Source: Histomonas meleagridis 2922-C6/04-290x (Eukaryota; Protista; Parabasalia). From it: 64,000 nt of DNA. The notes under the pieces are model-generated. The model did not search any database. It was not told where the DNA came from and saw only the letters and a list, made by a program, of their open reading frames with translations. The first letter of the stretch is position 1, and every line of letters starts with the position of its first letter. The stretch covers positions 307,889 to 371,888 of the forward strand of contig JAANOX010000070.1 in the NCBI GenBank assembly GCA_020184695.1, in the 5' to 3' direction. This document shows, piece after piece, positions 10,641 through 23,200 of this stretch. The translations under genes were made by a program, and so were the position numbers.

Positions 10641-12416
10641 TCATTTATTTATTTTTTGTTTTTGTTTGTTTTTTTTCTGTTTGTTTTTTGGTTTTTGTTG
10701 TTTTCTATTATTACTTTGTTTCTGTTGTTGCTTCTGCTTCTGTTTATTGTTCTGTTGTTGCTTCTGTTTATTGTTCTGCTTATTGTTCTTTCTCTTTTCT
10801 TTTTCCTTTATCTTAACGACTTTGTCTTCGTCCTCGTCAATAAATTCGGGAATTTCGTCAAATTCTCTGAAGCTTTCGGCCACTATTTCATTTTGTATGT
10901 TTTCACCATCTGCGATATGCGCCAACAAATTCATTGTGCTCATATCAAAGAACGGATCTGTTTCGTAATTAATTTCTTGTTGCGAGACGATTCGTTTTGC
11001 CAATTCCCTTATTGCTGGACAGTAGTGCTTCATGTACAATGAGAGAATCCACGGAAATGTCTGTAGTGCGCCAGCTTCATCTGGTTTATCTCCATCGAAC
11101 ACGTATTTATGATCCGCTTCGATATTCGACACGGAAAACATTTCTCCAATTCGTTTCTTACTTTCGAACATTTTCGAAGTGAACACAAGTACAGCAGCTG
11201 AGACCGAAACATTTGCTTCAAGTCCGACGTGTAACAAACGATGAATAAATGCGGATATTATTTCGTCGTTTTTTTCATTAGTTAAAGCTTCGATTAATAA
11301 GTTAAGAAAATGTGGAAGTTTCGATGAAGTAGAAAACTCTGGTGATAACAATGCGCGATAAAAATATTCGTAAAATTCTTTTGGCACTTTGTTCGCTTGT
11401 CGATGAATTGTATATAATAAACCTAACGATGGTAACGCAATGCCAATTGGCGCGTTTTGAATATGTTCATATAATGGCGTAACAAGCGGTGACATTTCTT
11501 CCGGTGAACAAACTTGAGCACACTTTTGTGCGGAGCGCATTAATGACTTCAAAACTTTGGAATTGCTCTCATCATTACTTTCGAGGATTTTGAGGATTTG
11601 TGGCTTGATGGTATTTAATAGGTCTGTGGCTGTGGATTGATCATCGCTGTTGAGTGATAATTGACCAATGAAGTTAAGAGCACGTTTTTGTGATTCTTTT
11701 GGAAAATTGGATTGTTGATCTTTGATGGCAGTAATAATGGCATGGTTCATATGTGGATGGTCACGAAGGATACTAAGTATGGTAGAAGTGGCGACTGAAG
11801 CAACTTGTTTTAATGGATCTCCAAATTTGTAAACAAGAATATTCAGAAGAATACGCTCGTTTTCCGGTTTCTTCCGTAAAAGTTCTCCAATAACACGAAT
11901 TGAAGGTTCACGGACAAATTGTTGAATGGAATTTGCGAGTTTTTCAACAGCTTTAATAAATTGAGAATAAACAATCTTTAGTTGATCCTCGAAGTAAAAG
12001 ATAAGAAGGTGGAAATCTTTGGCATTTTTAAGTGGCTGATCATCAAATTTTTTTAATGGTCGATCTGGAAGAAGTGTTTTTATGTATATATCCATTGCAC
12101 AATGCATTGCATCAATAGCTACACGTGGTTTACCTCCTAACATTTCATTTAATTGCTTGAGATTTTCAAGTGAAAGAACTGGATAATCTTGAGCAAAAAC
12201 TTTATAAGCAGATAATTTATCTTTTAGAGTACCACTTTTTAAAATGGATTCTGTAATTTCATCAACTGAAGTAGAATTAACATATTGTTGATAAATCTCT
12301 TTAGATTTATTTAAAAGTTTGTTGATTTCTTGCCTTGGCAAACCTGAGGATTTACTTTGTATGTTCTTATTATAATATAAAAGCTGGTACCAAGGATCTC
12401 CTTGTTGAATTTTCAT
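10641..12416 (-). CDS. CBF/Mak21 (NOC1/CEBPZ-like) ribosome biogenesis protein
   Basis: LLPDRPLKKF, YFEDQLK, LLRKKPENERILLNILVYKFGDP; K/Q/N-rich tail. The likely ATG is 12416 (MKIQQG); the ORF track extends to 12494. Confidence 0.85.
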   Translation of the reverse strand: MKIQQGDPWYQLLYYNKNIQSKSSGLPRQEINKLLNKSKEIYQQYVNSTSVDEITESILKSGTLKDKLSAYKVFAQDYPVLSLENLKQLNEMLGGKPRVAIDAMHCAMDIYIKTLLPDRPLKKFDDQPLKNAKDFHLLIFYFEDQLKIVYSQFIKAVEKLANSIQQFVREPSIRVIGELLRKKPENERILLNILVYKFGDPLKQVASVATSTILSILRDHPHMNHAIITAIKDQQSNFPKESQKRALNFIGQLSLNSDDQSTATDLLNTIKPQILKILESNDESNSKVLKSLMRSAQKCAQVCSPEEMSPLVTPLYEHIQNAPIGIALPSLGLLYTIHRQANKVPKEFYEYFYRALLSPEFSTSSKLPHFLNLLIEALTNEKNDEIISAFIHRLLHVGLEANVSVSAAVLVFTSKMFESKKRIGEMFSVSNIEADHKYVFDGDKPDEAGALQTFPWILSLYMKHYCPAIRELAKRIVSQQEINYETDPFFDMSTMNLLAHIADGENIQNEIVAESFREFDEIPEFIDEDEDKVVKIKEKEKRKNNKQNNKQKQQQNNKQKQKQQQKQSNNRKQQKPKNKQKKNKQKQKINK

Positions 12417-12470
12417 TCCGGAAGAGAATTCGACCAATGTCAAAACCGAAAATCTTTTGAACGATAGAAA

Positions 12471-12854
12471 ATGTTTATTGATGAAACTAATCACAAAACA
12501 ATAGATCTTAAAGTAAAAAAGTATGAATCATGTTCTCGGTGTGGTCAAATTGGACATACTTCAGAAAAATGTCCCAATGCAATTCCATCAATTCAACAAA
12601 TGAAAAATGAAATTGAAAAAAATATTCAAAAGGCAATAAAGCTTGCACCAAGCGATTGGGTAGAAGATGAATATGGGTTATATATGCCTTCAAAAAATCC
12701 AATAATTACAGAAACGCATACATGGAAAGATGGATCTTTTTGTTTTAATTGTGGTGAGTTTGGACATACATCAGAAACATGTACCAAGCCAACATTCGAA
12801 AAGTTTGAAAAAGTTTTAGCAAAGCAACATTTAAAACGAAAATCAACAAGTTAG
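12471..12854 (+). CDS. CCHC zinc-knuckle protein (two knuckles, Air1/2-like)
   Basis: CSRCGQIGHTSEKC and CFNCGEFGHTSETC. Confidence 0.85.
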   Translation: MFIDETNHKTIDLKVKKYESCSRCGQIGHTSEKCPNAIPSIQQMKNEIEKNIQKAIKLAPSDWVEDEYGLYMPSKNPIITETHTWKDGSFCFNCGEFGHTSETCTKPTFEKFEKVLAKQHLKRKSTS

Positions 12855-13139
12855 ATAACAAAAAACAAGTTTTTCCACTATGCAATCGAATGTTCATCTT
12901 TTTATTTAGTTATGATCTTTATGTGTATATTTAAATTTACCAATTGATAATTATCATAACGTAATAGTAAATATACACTTTAAAATTAACCAAACATCAT
13001 ATTATTAGCAAAAAAGATATCAGTAATTATTCCTAATTATCCTCTTAAAATTTGCGTTATCTCTCTTGAATCGGGCATTTATAAGCTCAAATTCAAACAA
13101 TTGTCCAAAAAAACATCAATCATTTCAACGTAAACTTAG

Positions 13140-14790
13140 TATATTATCGACATCATCTGCAGTTTTTGGATTTTCACTTCATGCAAATAATGATGATGTA
13201 CTCCACACACCTGAACTCATGAATACAGAATGAGGATATGATAACAAAATTGATGTTTATGCATATGCAATTGTTTGTTGGGAACTATTAAACATGTTAA
13301 TTACCTTATAACAAAACAAACTCAAATCATTTCAATGGTAAATAATATGAAAAGGCAACCAGAGTTATACTGTCGGAATTTCTGTCTAACCACTAATTAT
13401 GTCAACAAAGCAGCAAAACTTCTTCGTAAGTTTCCAAATGACACATTATCCACCAAACAGCAATCGCTGCTATTCCAACAGGTAACGAAGATGTTGATAC
13501 AACATATGTAAACATTGCATGTAAAAGCGACTTTGCGACAGAAGCTGTGTTACATGCGCTGAATCATAGCGACTTAAAACATGCTCTTGAAGTAGCAGCG
13601 CAAAAAGGAGCACCGAAAGAGAATATGAGATATAGGGGGTGCAAAAAGTCCTGACCCCATTTTCTCGACATCCTCTTGATCAAGAAAAATAAATGATATA
13701 TAAATAAAAACTATAATGAATGAACTCTATGTGCATTTTATTATTTTTAAAAAATTTTGTTCACTTGTTGAAATATAAGTGATTGAATTTTTTCTCCCCA
13801 CTCAAAATCGTCACTTTTTTGATTTTTAAATGGAATGATAGAGTTGGAACTCAAAAATGACATCAAAGATAATTTTCGACAAAGAATATGGTATCAATTA
13901 ATTTACAAAAACAAAAACTTTTCTTTTTTGGTCTCTCTTTTACAAGTTCTAAATAATATTATAGAAATTTTTTTTAGATAGCTTAATTTACTATGATTTT
14001 TTGTGTGGCAAAATGCCTAATTTCAATAAAATAAATAAATTCATGGTAGTTTTTAATGAATAGTCATTTTTATCCATAAAATATATTGAACCAGAAATAG
14101 AAGAATCATATAATATAAAAAAAGAAAATTTTTATAAATACTTTGTTGTAAAAAAATATCGTAGAAGAAAGATCTTTCCATATGCTATCGGAATATATAT
14201 ATATATATAAATGGATTAATGCTAAAAAGATAAAAGTATAGGTTTTACTGTATCATTTATATTAAAAAAATATCTAAAGAGAAAAGCCTTAAAAGAAATT
14301 CTTACCTATATCAGTCATTAGATTTAAGATAGTACAATATTTAATTCTTTGGAATGGTAAAAAAAATTGAAAGGGTATGGAGAAAAACACATAATATGAT
14401 TTAAAAAATGAAATTATTTGTATATTTGGAATTGCCACTTTCGGAGAGCTTTAACTATGTTTGTATCAAAGATAAAAAGACTTTATAGGTGATTAAGAAT
14501 CAAGATGACCACTTCTTTCAATAAATATGTATGAGTGATAAATACCTTTTTTATTCATCAAAAAAAGGTGGTTTCAGAACTTTTTGCGCCCCCTATATTA
14601 TTAGAATAATATTTGCAATGTTTAAATGACGAACACCCAATACGAATTATAGCAGTGATTCGTTGTATCATTCCATTAGAAAAAGACAAAGAAGTGAACA
14701 TTTGTACAGTCGAAGAATCACTCGATGAAGTGCACTGCGTTCATTTTGGTGGTGAAAATGTGCTTCGAAGGCTTCCTGTTGCCAATTGAC
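13140..14790 (+). pseudogene. Decayed protein kinase pseudogene split by a MITE
   Basis: Frame fragments FGFS...TPELMNTE*GYDNKIDVYAYAIVCWELL with stops and frameshifts. Coding-like sequence resumes after 14597 (CLNDEHPIRIIAVIRC...). Confidence 0.65.
13633..14595. mobile_element. Non-autonomous TIR element (MITE), about 0.96 kb, flanked by TA
   Basis: tatagggggtgcaaaaagtcctga (13631-13654) versus the reverse complement of 14574-14597, tatagggggcgcaaaaagttctga: 22/24 match including the flanking TA. AT-rich interior with no ORF. Confidence 0.8.
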
Positions 14791-15350
14791 TTGATCAACG
14801 CTATGGTAATGTAAATGATTAAAAAAATTTATGAATAAGAAAAAAGTTATAAGCTTGTTTAGGAAAATAATATATTTCCCGAAAAGCTTTTGATTTCAGA
14901 AAAATACTGCCTTTTGGGAAAATAGTTCTTTTCCGAAAACAAAAGAATTTCCGAACAGTCTATAATGACTCGATTTTTTTTAATATATTTTATCATTTAC
15001 TTTTCTTGTAATTTGTTTATTATTTGAATTAAATTTTTCTAAAAATACATTATCGGAAATTAAAAAAAAAGCAAAAAAAGTTTCTTTTTATAAAATCCAT
15101 CATTTCCCGATAATTCTTAGAAGGAATTTTTACAAATTGAAATATGATGAATAATTTAAAATAGTAATATTAGATTTTTTGTTTTATTTAGATTTATATA
15201 CCAAATTCAAGAATATTATCATTTAAAATGGTAATAAACTTCAATTGCTTCGTAACTTTTTAAATCAAAAATAATCATTCGAAAGCCAACAACACCAAAA
15301 ACGGTTCCTATTCTCTAAACGGTCGTTTGACATCAAATAGAATATAATTA

Positions 15351-15832
15351 TCTCGTTGTTTTCATTATATTAATCCTTAAAAAATATATAGCAAAGATTA
15401 ATGATAACAGTAGATAATATTCTTATATCTTTATAACACAAAAACTTTTATTTAAAGATTTGACAATTAAAAATAAAATAAATATATCATCATATAAAAT
15501 TGGTTTACACACATAATTTTATGAGTTTTATATATTCCATTATATATGATTTTGCATATTAAAAATAATCAAATTTTTATAGAAGAATTATTGACTTTCT
15601 GTTAAAATTGAAAAGTCAGAATAATTATTTTGCAATTATTTCGATAATGATAATAGATATCAAAATTCTGTCTTCTAGAAAATGGGGTTTTTTATAGCAT
15701 TTCTATAAATATGTTTATTTATTTGATATCTAAAAAAATGAGATCTGTAGCCAATCAGGAAATTTTTTCTGATTTCTGAGACAGGGTTGACTTTTTCACT
15801 GAAATTATACGTTAAAGGATCTTATCAACTTT
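15351..15832 (+). repeat. Dispersed non-coding repeat, copy 1 (inverted copy at 63514-64000)
   Basis: Collinear similarity with the reverse complement of 63514-64000 (tctcgttgttttcattatattaat...gccaatcaggaaa...cagggttgac...tacgttaaaggatc). Confidence 0.85.
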
Positions 15833-15998
15833 TTGAATACTCTGGTTCCAGCATAAAATATAAAGTGTAAATCCGTACTGAATTTACTTGAATCCACTTT
15901 TGAATGATATCATAGAATATGTTATATAAGATAATATAAAAACCTCGCATATGAAAAATCTTTTTGATGAAACGACTTTTTGAATACTCTGGTTCCAG
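15828..15998 (+). repeat. Perfect 24-bp direct repeat pair upstream of the transglutaminase gene
   Basis: actttttgaatactctggttccag at 15828-15851 and 15975-15998. Confidence 0.9.
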
Positions 15999-16150
15999 TA
16001 ACTGTTGAATAACAAACATTTCAACAAAATTCTTACAAAAACCTCAGCAATTTTATTCAAACCATATCTCAGAATTTGAAATCAATGTTTTTACAACAAT
16101 TCAATCAATAGCGTACAAATTTATATCATTCTGATATTTGCTGTATTACT

Positions 16151-18753
16151 ATGATTACGAGAATTCTAATGATAATATTCGCATCTATAATTTTACCAAC
16201 ACATGCTAATGCTGTTATAAATCTTAATTATACAACTGAATATTTATGGTCAGCAGACATCTTAGGCAGCGAAAAAATAGAAGATCTTCTCATTCTAAAC
16301 TATACAAATGATAGGTATGATGAAGTTCTAGAACTGCTCATAAGAGCCACGGTTTCATGGAGATATACCGTACCAATTACTCTCGTTATGACTCGTGAAG
16401 AACATCATAAAATAACAGGCCTTCCTGTGGATGTGGAATTAAATGGAATCGGAGATTTCTGGGAACAATATTTAGCAAAAGCATATTATGATGTAATAAA
16501 ATATGCAAGGCAAATTGACATTCCATATGCTAGCTATTTAAATGCATCTATTAATGGGTTGACAACTTATGTTCAGTGGCTCAATGAAAATCATGATCTT
16601 AATCCATATAAAGGTTACATCACAGTTATCCTTAAATCTACATCACATTTCTTGACCAGTCAAGATGAAGAACGTCGTTCTCGGCAAGAAGTTGATAAAA
16701 TGTTTGCAACTGGTAATTTTACAGGATATGGTCCTGAGAATGATCTACACACAGATTACGAAAGATTAGTTGTTATTTGGTGGTGGATGCATGACAACGT
16801 TGTATATGGCCATGTTCCTCAATACGGAAATTCAGTATATAGTGCTCTATTCCAACATAGAACTGTATGTCGAGGCTATTCTGCTCTATCAACTCTCTTC
16901 TTCAATCGCGCAGGTGTTGAAGGTTTTACTGTTCTAGGAGTTACGACAAGTGCACATGCATGGAATTGGGTACATCTTGGCGAAGATTGGTATGCATTCG
17001 ACAGCACTTCAACTCTTGAAGGATTGTTCTTAAGGGGAATCAATGCAGAGTATCATAGGACTCATTATACTTATGATGATGGTGAATTAGATTGGGGTTA
17101 CCCAATTACTGATGTTGATTATGAGTATAGAAGGTATCCTTGGAATGAACCTAAAGATAAGCCAATATTATATCAAATAGAAGCAACAGATTCTGGTAGA
17201 ATTGGATCAAATCTTAAATGGACATTGAAAAAAGGGCTTCTTACTATTAAAGGAAATGGACCAATGCGTGATTTTGAAAACGAAACACTTGTTCCTTGGA
17301 AGAATTTCTTTGATGATATTAATGATATTAAGATTGAAGAAGGTGTTACGACAATTGGTGCTTATGCATTTTATAATGTAGAGAAACTTACATACGAAAA
17401 TTGCAAAGATAAATTGGGATCAATTCAATTAATTGGCAAAAAGGCATTTTCTGATTTAGATAAATTCCTTAAAGATTTTAAAGTTGAAGCATCAAGCAAA
17501 ATTAATAATTTGAAGTTTTTAGGTGAAGAAAATAAAGCAAATTATGCTGAAAAAATTTCAAATGCAAACTCACAAGAAGAATTAAATGAAATTGTTGTAA
17601 AAGCACAATCTGAATCAAATAAAAATGAAGAAACACAAAAAACATTAGCAAAGAATAAAATTAATAATTTAATATTTTTAGAAGAAGAAAATAAAGTAAA
17701 TTATACTGCACAAGTTTCAAATGCAAACTCACTAGAAGAATTAAATGAAATTGTTGTAAAAGCACAATCTGAATCAAATAAAAATGAAGAAGCACAAAAA
17801 ACATTAGCAAAGAATAAAATTGATGATTTTAAGTTTTTAGAAGAAGAAAATAAAGCAAATTATACTACACAAATTTCAAATGCAAACTCACAAGAAGAAT
17901 TAAATGAAATTGTTGCAACTGCAGAATCTGCATCAAATAAAAATGAAGAAACACAAAAAACATTAGCAAAGAATAAAATTAATGATTTTAAGTTTTTAGA
18001 AGAAGAAAATAAAGTAAATTATACTGCACAAGTTTCAAATGCAAACTCACAAGAAGAATTAAATGAAATTGTTGCAACTGCAGAATCTGCATCAAATAAA
18101 AATGAAGAAACACAAAAAACATTAGCAAAGAATAAAATTAATGATTTTAAGTATTTTTAGAAGAAAAAAATAAAGTAAATTATACTGCACAAGTTTCAAA
18201 TGCAAACTCACAAGAAGAATTAAATGAAATTGTTGCAACTGCAGAATCTGCATCAAATAAAAATGAAGAAACACAAAAAACATTAGCAAAGAATAAAATT
18301 AATGATTTTAAGTTTTTAGAAGAAGAAAATAAAGTAAATTATACTGCACAAGTTTCAAATGCAAACTCACTAGAAGAATTAAATGAAATTGTTGCAAAAG
18401 CGCAATCACAAAATGAAGAAATAAAATCAAATGAAAAAGAATCAGTAAAACAAGATATTGAAAAGTTGGAATATTTAGGCGATTTACAACAAGAATATAT
18501 TGATAAATTAAACAATGCCCAAACAGAACAAGAATTTAATCAAATATTACAAGAAGCAATTGCGAAAAATGAAGAAATGAAATCAAATGGAAATGACTCC
18601 AAAGGTAACACCAATACAGCAGTGGCTATAGCTGTTCCTGTTGCTATTGTCGTAATTGCTGTTGTTGCTGTTGTTATTGTTCTTGTTGTTCGAAGAAAGA
18701 AGAACAATTACAAAACCATAAGTGAAAGTAGTGAAAAATCATCTGAAGTTTAG
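16151..18753 (+). CDS. Surface protein: signal peptide, transglutaminase-like domain, BspA-type LRR cap, GA-module-like tandem repeats, TM and short tail; +2 frameshift near 18153
   Basis: VCRGYS / HAWNWV / FDST catalytic triad; KWTLKKGLLTIKGNGPM..IEEGVTTIGAYAF; 53-aa repeats. ORF 18466-18753 supplies TM AVAIAVPVAIVVIAVVAVVIVLVV plus RRKKNNYKTI. The unit at 18134 is 161 nt instead of 159 nt. Confidence 0.8.
17498..18405 (+). repeat. 159-nt coding tandem repeat (5 full copies plus 1 partial)
   Basis: Units start at 17498, 17657, 17816, 17975, 18134 and 18295 (KINNLKFLGEENKANY..ISNANSQEELNEIV). Confidence 0.95.
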
Positions 18754-18871
18754 ATTTGCAGTTTTTAATAAACAAATAGAATATCTAAAACTAAATGTAA
18801 AAATAAAAAATGAAAATAAAATCTATGTATTTTTCAAATCATTTGAGAAGAGCTTCTTCCACATTAGTGTT

Positions 18872-19548
18872 TCAGGGAAAAGTGTACTTCACATCCGCAT
18901 TCTCAGATAGTTTGTTAATAGTCCTTCTCTTTGAAAGTGCCATAAATAATGTGTTATGCGAATAAGTCCGCCATTATATGATTTGATCAACTAGTGATGA
19001 GTAGATGCCAAATTCGCGTATTGGGAATATCCCTGTTTCTTGACTATTCATATAAAAATCATGTGAAATTATATATTTAGCGATATGTTCGGTGGCTGTA
19101 GTAGTTGTGATTGAATATCCTGCAAAACATGTACCAAAGATAAGAACATAATAATCATAGATAAATTCGGGATTAGATTAAATGTTACCTTCGAAATCAT
19201 TGATTGACATAATATTAACGAAAATAAGTCGTTCTTTCTTGTCTTGATCTATTCCAGCAGGTTCATATTCCTCTGTTTCATATTTTTCGATTATTTGATC
19301 ACCTTTCATCATAACTTTTAATGCAGCTGACTATGATAAATTTTTACTTGTGCCATCTTTGAATTTGACCTCATTTGTATTGTATTTTTGTGCGTTTTTT
19401 AATGATTATTAATATTCTTCATGTTATCCCATGTCAGGTGTATAACCTTTGCCTGATCCATAATCCAATCTACCTTCTGCTATAAGATTGAATCCACCTT
19501 GGCTGCAAATAAGGTTAACAAATAATAATAATAATTTTTGAATAATTT
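18872..19548 (-). pseudogene. Coding-like frame with a signal-peptide-like start, interrupted only by TAA/TAG; no start ATG found
   Basis: LLLLFVNLICSQGGFNLIAEGRLDYGSGKGYTPDMG*HEEY**SLKNAQKYNTNEVKFKDGTSKNLS*SAALKVMMKGDQIIEKYETEEYEPAG...GNI*SNPEF... The frame runs about 225 codons to TGA at 18874-18872. Confidence 0.55.
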
Positions 19549-20210
19549 AAATATGAACTAAAAAATTATGCTTTATTGAACTAAATATAATTTAAAATCA
19601 TTTCATACAAAAGGCTCAAAGTAAATTGACTTGTTTTTTATGATATTCCAACCTAACGTTAATTTACGATTGCTTTGGGTCCCAGACTGGGGGACTCCCA
19701 GCATATAAATGAAGCTTAACCAAACGTATACATTTTTGAATAGTTTATTTGATTTAGAAACTGAAATCTAATTGTACCGATCATTATTAATACAAAAAAA
19801 TGAAAATATAAATATAAATATCTCTATTTAGAATTGGTTATGGAATAAAAAACGATATATATAATGAAATACATCATATGTTATTTAATTATGAATAAAA
19901 TATTTTAAATCCATAAGAAAATTAGGATAGGAACCGTTCTCGAAAAACCGTGAAAGTGATGAGATATTTCTAATCAGTGCGCATAAAATAGAGAATAAAT
20001 CGCAAAATAATTTAACCAACATATATTTATAATAAATATAAAATATAAATAAAACATATCAAAAAAATCAGACTCCCTCTAACTCTCTGTAAAATGGTGG
20101 AAATCCTTCACGCAAGAAGGGTTTGTTTTATCTCATTGAATTTGTTCGAAAAAATTTACAACCTTAGATACCTGATTCAAAAAAAAAAAAAAGGAATCAT
20201 ATCTTGTTTA

Positions 20211-23200
20211 CTAACTTATGTTAAAAATAGTATTTGCATCTATATGAGCAATAACTGTTTCGTAATTGAGTAAACTAGTTTGAAATTCTTGAATTTCCTC
20301 ATCTGTCAAAATTAATTTTGGATCTTTCATCAAATACCTACATGCATATTTAATTGAAGCCATGCATCTTGGGCCATAATCTTCAAAATTATAATCCTTG
20401 GCATGAACTGGTAAATATTTTATTTGTGTATTATTATTTAAATCATTTATTCGCCTATTTACTTGATACATTTCTTTCTTAAATCCTTTTTTAGATACCA
20501 GATTTATCTCAAAATGACTTCCAGAAAGTAAAATTACATTTAATGATTGAGTGTTTTCTGGTGTTATTTGGATTTGTTCTTCTTCAATTATTGATGTAAT
20601 GAATATCGTTTCTTCTGATTCTTGTCTTCTTATTTCTTCAATTCTTAAAATATCATTTTGTTGAACATTTTTCACATATAAAAAGCTGACTGTTTCAGGA
20701 AGTGTTGTTGTTACATTATCGCTATGACGCAAAAATCTTTTCATTAATTTAGGAACATTAATTGAGTGATAAAGTTTTATATTACTTTGATCATTTTGTT
20801 TAATTTTTATTCCTGTTAATGCTTGGAAAAGTAAATGTGAATCATGATTAGGTTGTTCATAATATATAAATAATATATTCCCTTTTTCTATACGTGAAGG
20901 AATTTTGTTTAATGTGATTATTTTTGGATTTATTTCTTCAATGTTTCTTTCCCAAATATATGGATATATAGTTGTCGCTAATGTATCAACAATTTTCTTT
21001 TGTTCTCTTCTAAGTAAATAAGCTTTGATCTGCATACCAAGAACATATCCAAAAGAAGTTAATAATGAGGCAGCAGTACCAACAACTGGAATAAATGCAA
21101 CTGCAAATGCTACAGAACCTACACCTGCAGTCATTACCCATTTTTTACTTTGTAAGAAATTTCCTTCTTTCATAATTTTTCCCCATTCAGGGTTACGATA
21201 TTTTACATATGAAAGTAAATCACGATATATCTCCCAGTAAAATTGGTAAAAATCATTAAATGGAATTTTGTCCTCCCCAAGAATATAAGGTAATACATAT
21301 TCTGTTGTTACATCTACAATAGTTTTAATGTTCATTAAAATTATATCAACATCATAGGAACCATTAATTCCAGAATGGATAAAATCCAAAATAACGAAAC
21401 TTAAGAGTAAACAACAATTGCAACAATGCTTTAGGGCTGAATTAAGAGTATTTGGAATTTTATCATGTTCAAAATTAAGAATTGCATCTAACCAATTTAC
21501 ATATTGTGGAAAAAATAATCCTTTGATAGCATTTTTCAAAGAATTTATATAAAGGTCTTGATTATAATTCATAAATTTAATCGAGTCTAACATATAATAT
21601 AATGATTGATACACTGAGTTAATATAACCAGGGAGATTTTTTACATTATTACCAAGCGGAAGTGGATATAATGAATCATATGCATAAAGTTCCTTTGCAA
21701 TGTTATGCTCATTCATCCATTGCTCTGAAAAACCCCGGACATGATGTTGATATTCATCTGGATTTGGTACATCTAAAACATTTTCTAAATCTTTCCACCC
21801 TTTCACAAGAAAATAAACTTTTGAAAATGGAATTTTTTTTGAAAGTTGTGCTCGTCGAATTGTAGTTAATATAGTTTGTATGTCTCCAACTTCAACATTT
21901 GATTCACAAATCGTAAGACAAATTGTAGAAATTGATGTAAATAATGCATTAACTTTATCTAAAATTGGTTTAAGTTCTTCTTCATATCTTTTATCACCAA
22001 TTCCTTGTGAATCAATAAAGAACAAAGCTGTGTCTGGATTAACATTAAGCGAATTACATTTTTCTTGAAGTTCCACATAATCGGTACCTAATCTTTCAAT
22101 TAAATCAGAAACATAATATGGGCCATCAATTAAAATACCTTGCGTTTGACTCCGAACACCTTTCCCTGCATAAAATGCTGCATTCCCTGTGAGTGTTTTT
22201 AAATATGTCGATTTCCCTGATTGATATGGTCCAAAAAGCATTACTAATACAATAGGTCGATCTCCTGCTTTTCGAATAACGGCTTCAAATTCATTGATTT
22301 TAATCGGAATCTTCACTTCATTTCGTTCTGGAAATGGAACTCCTTCTTGAGAAAATAATGGCGTTGGTATGACAAAATTATTTAATGGACATATTTCTGA
22401 ATCTAATAACAAATTTTTATATTCATCAACTATTGCTATATTAATACCTCGAAATCTTCGATCTGTATATGCAGCAATAATATTATTTGATATAGTTTGA
22501 AACGTTGGTCTATTATTCGGATCTTTTGAAAGACATTCACGAATTATTGTTGCATAAGCTTGTGGAATTTGTAATGGCATTTCTGGTAAAACACCATTGG
22601 TTAAATTTTCTTGAATTTTATCCGGTGTTAAACCTTGATATGGTTGATGGCCTGTAAAAATTTCATACATAAGCAAACCAAATGCATATACATCAGTCTC
22701 CTTTGTATATTCATTTCCATTTATGATTTCTGGTGCTTCAATTGATATATCCATAGAATTTGCAAAACCTGAGATAATTGGATGAAATTGTTCTCCAATA
22801 TAAATATTTTTGGCTGTAAGATGGCGGTGAATAATTTCCTTTTGATGTAGATATTGCATTCCAAATGAGATGCCAATAATTACTATGATTTTTGAAGTAA
22901 GATTAAAATTGATATTGGTTGTATTACCAGCTTGAATTATGTTACTTATTGTTCCTTTTTCATAAAATGGTGTAATAAGTGTTGCTTCTTCGTGATTCTT
23001 TCCGAGATAAAGTCCAACAACCGATTGAACTGTTGGATATGCAACTGAACATAATTCCTTGAATTCATCAACAAGGGATTTTTGTGCATTTAAGCTTTTT
23101 GACTTTTTCATTACTACTTGTTGACCTGTGTATTTAATCATTCCAATGCTAATATCATAATAATCTGTACTAGCTTGAGAAGAATTAATCTGGAATAAAT

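Noticed and set aside
10656-11042. Hydrophobic and Cys-rich plus-strand ORFs (10656, 10666), and similar overlapping ORFs in RP, RhoGAP, SAC3 and USP genes
   Set aside because: These are antisense or alternative-frame shadows of real genes, e.g. the complement of the K/Q/N-rich Mak21 tail.
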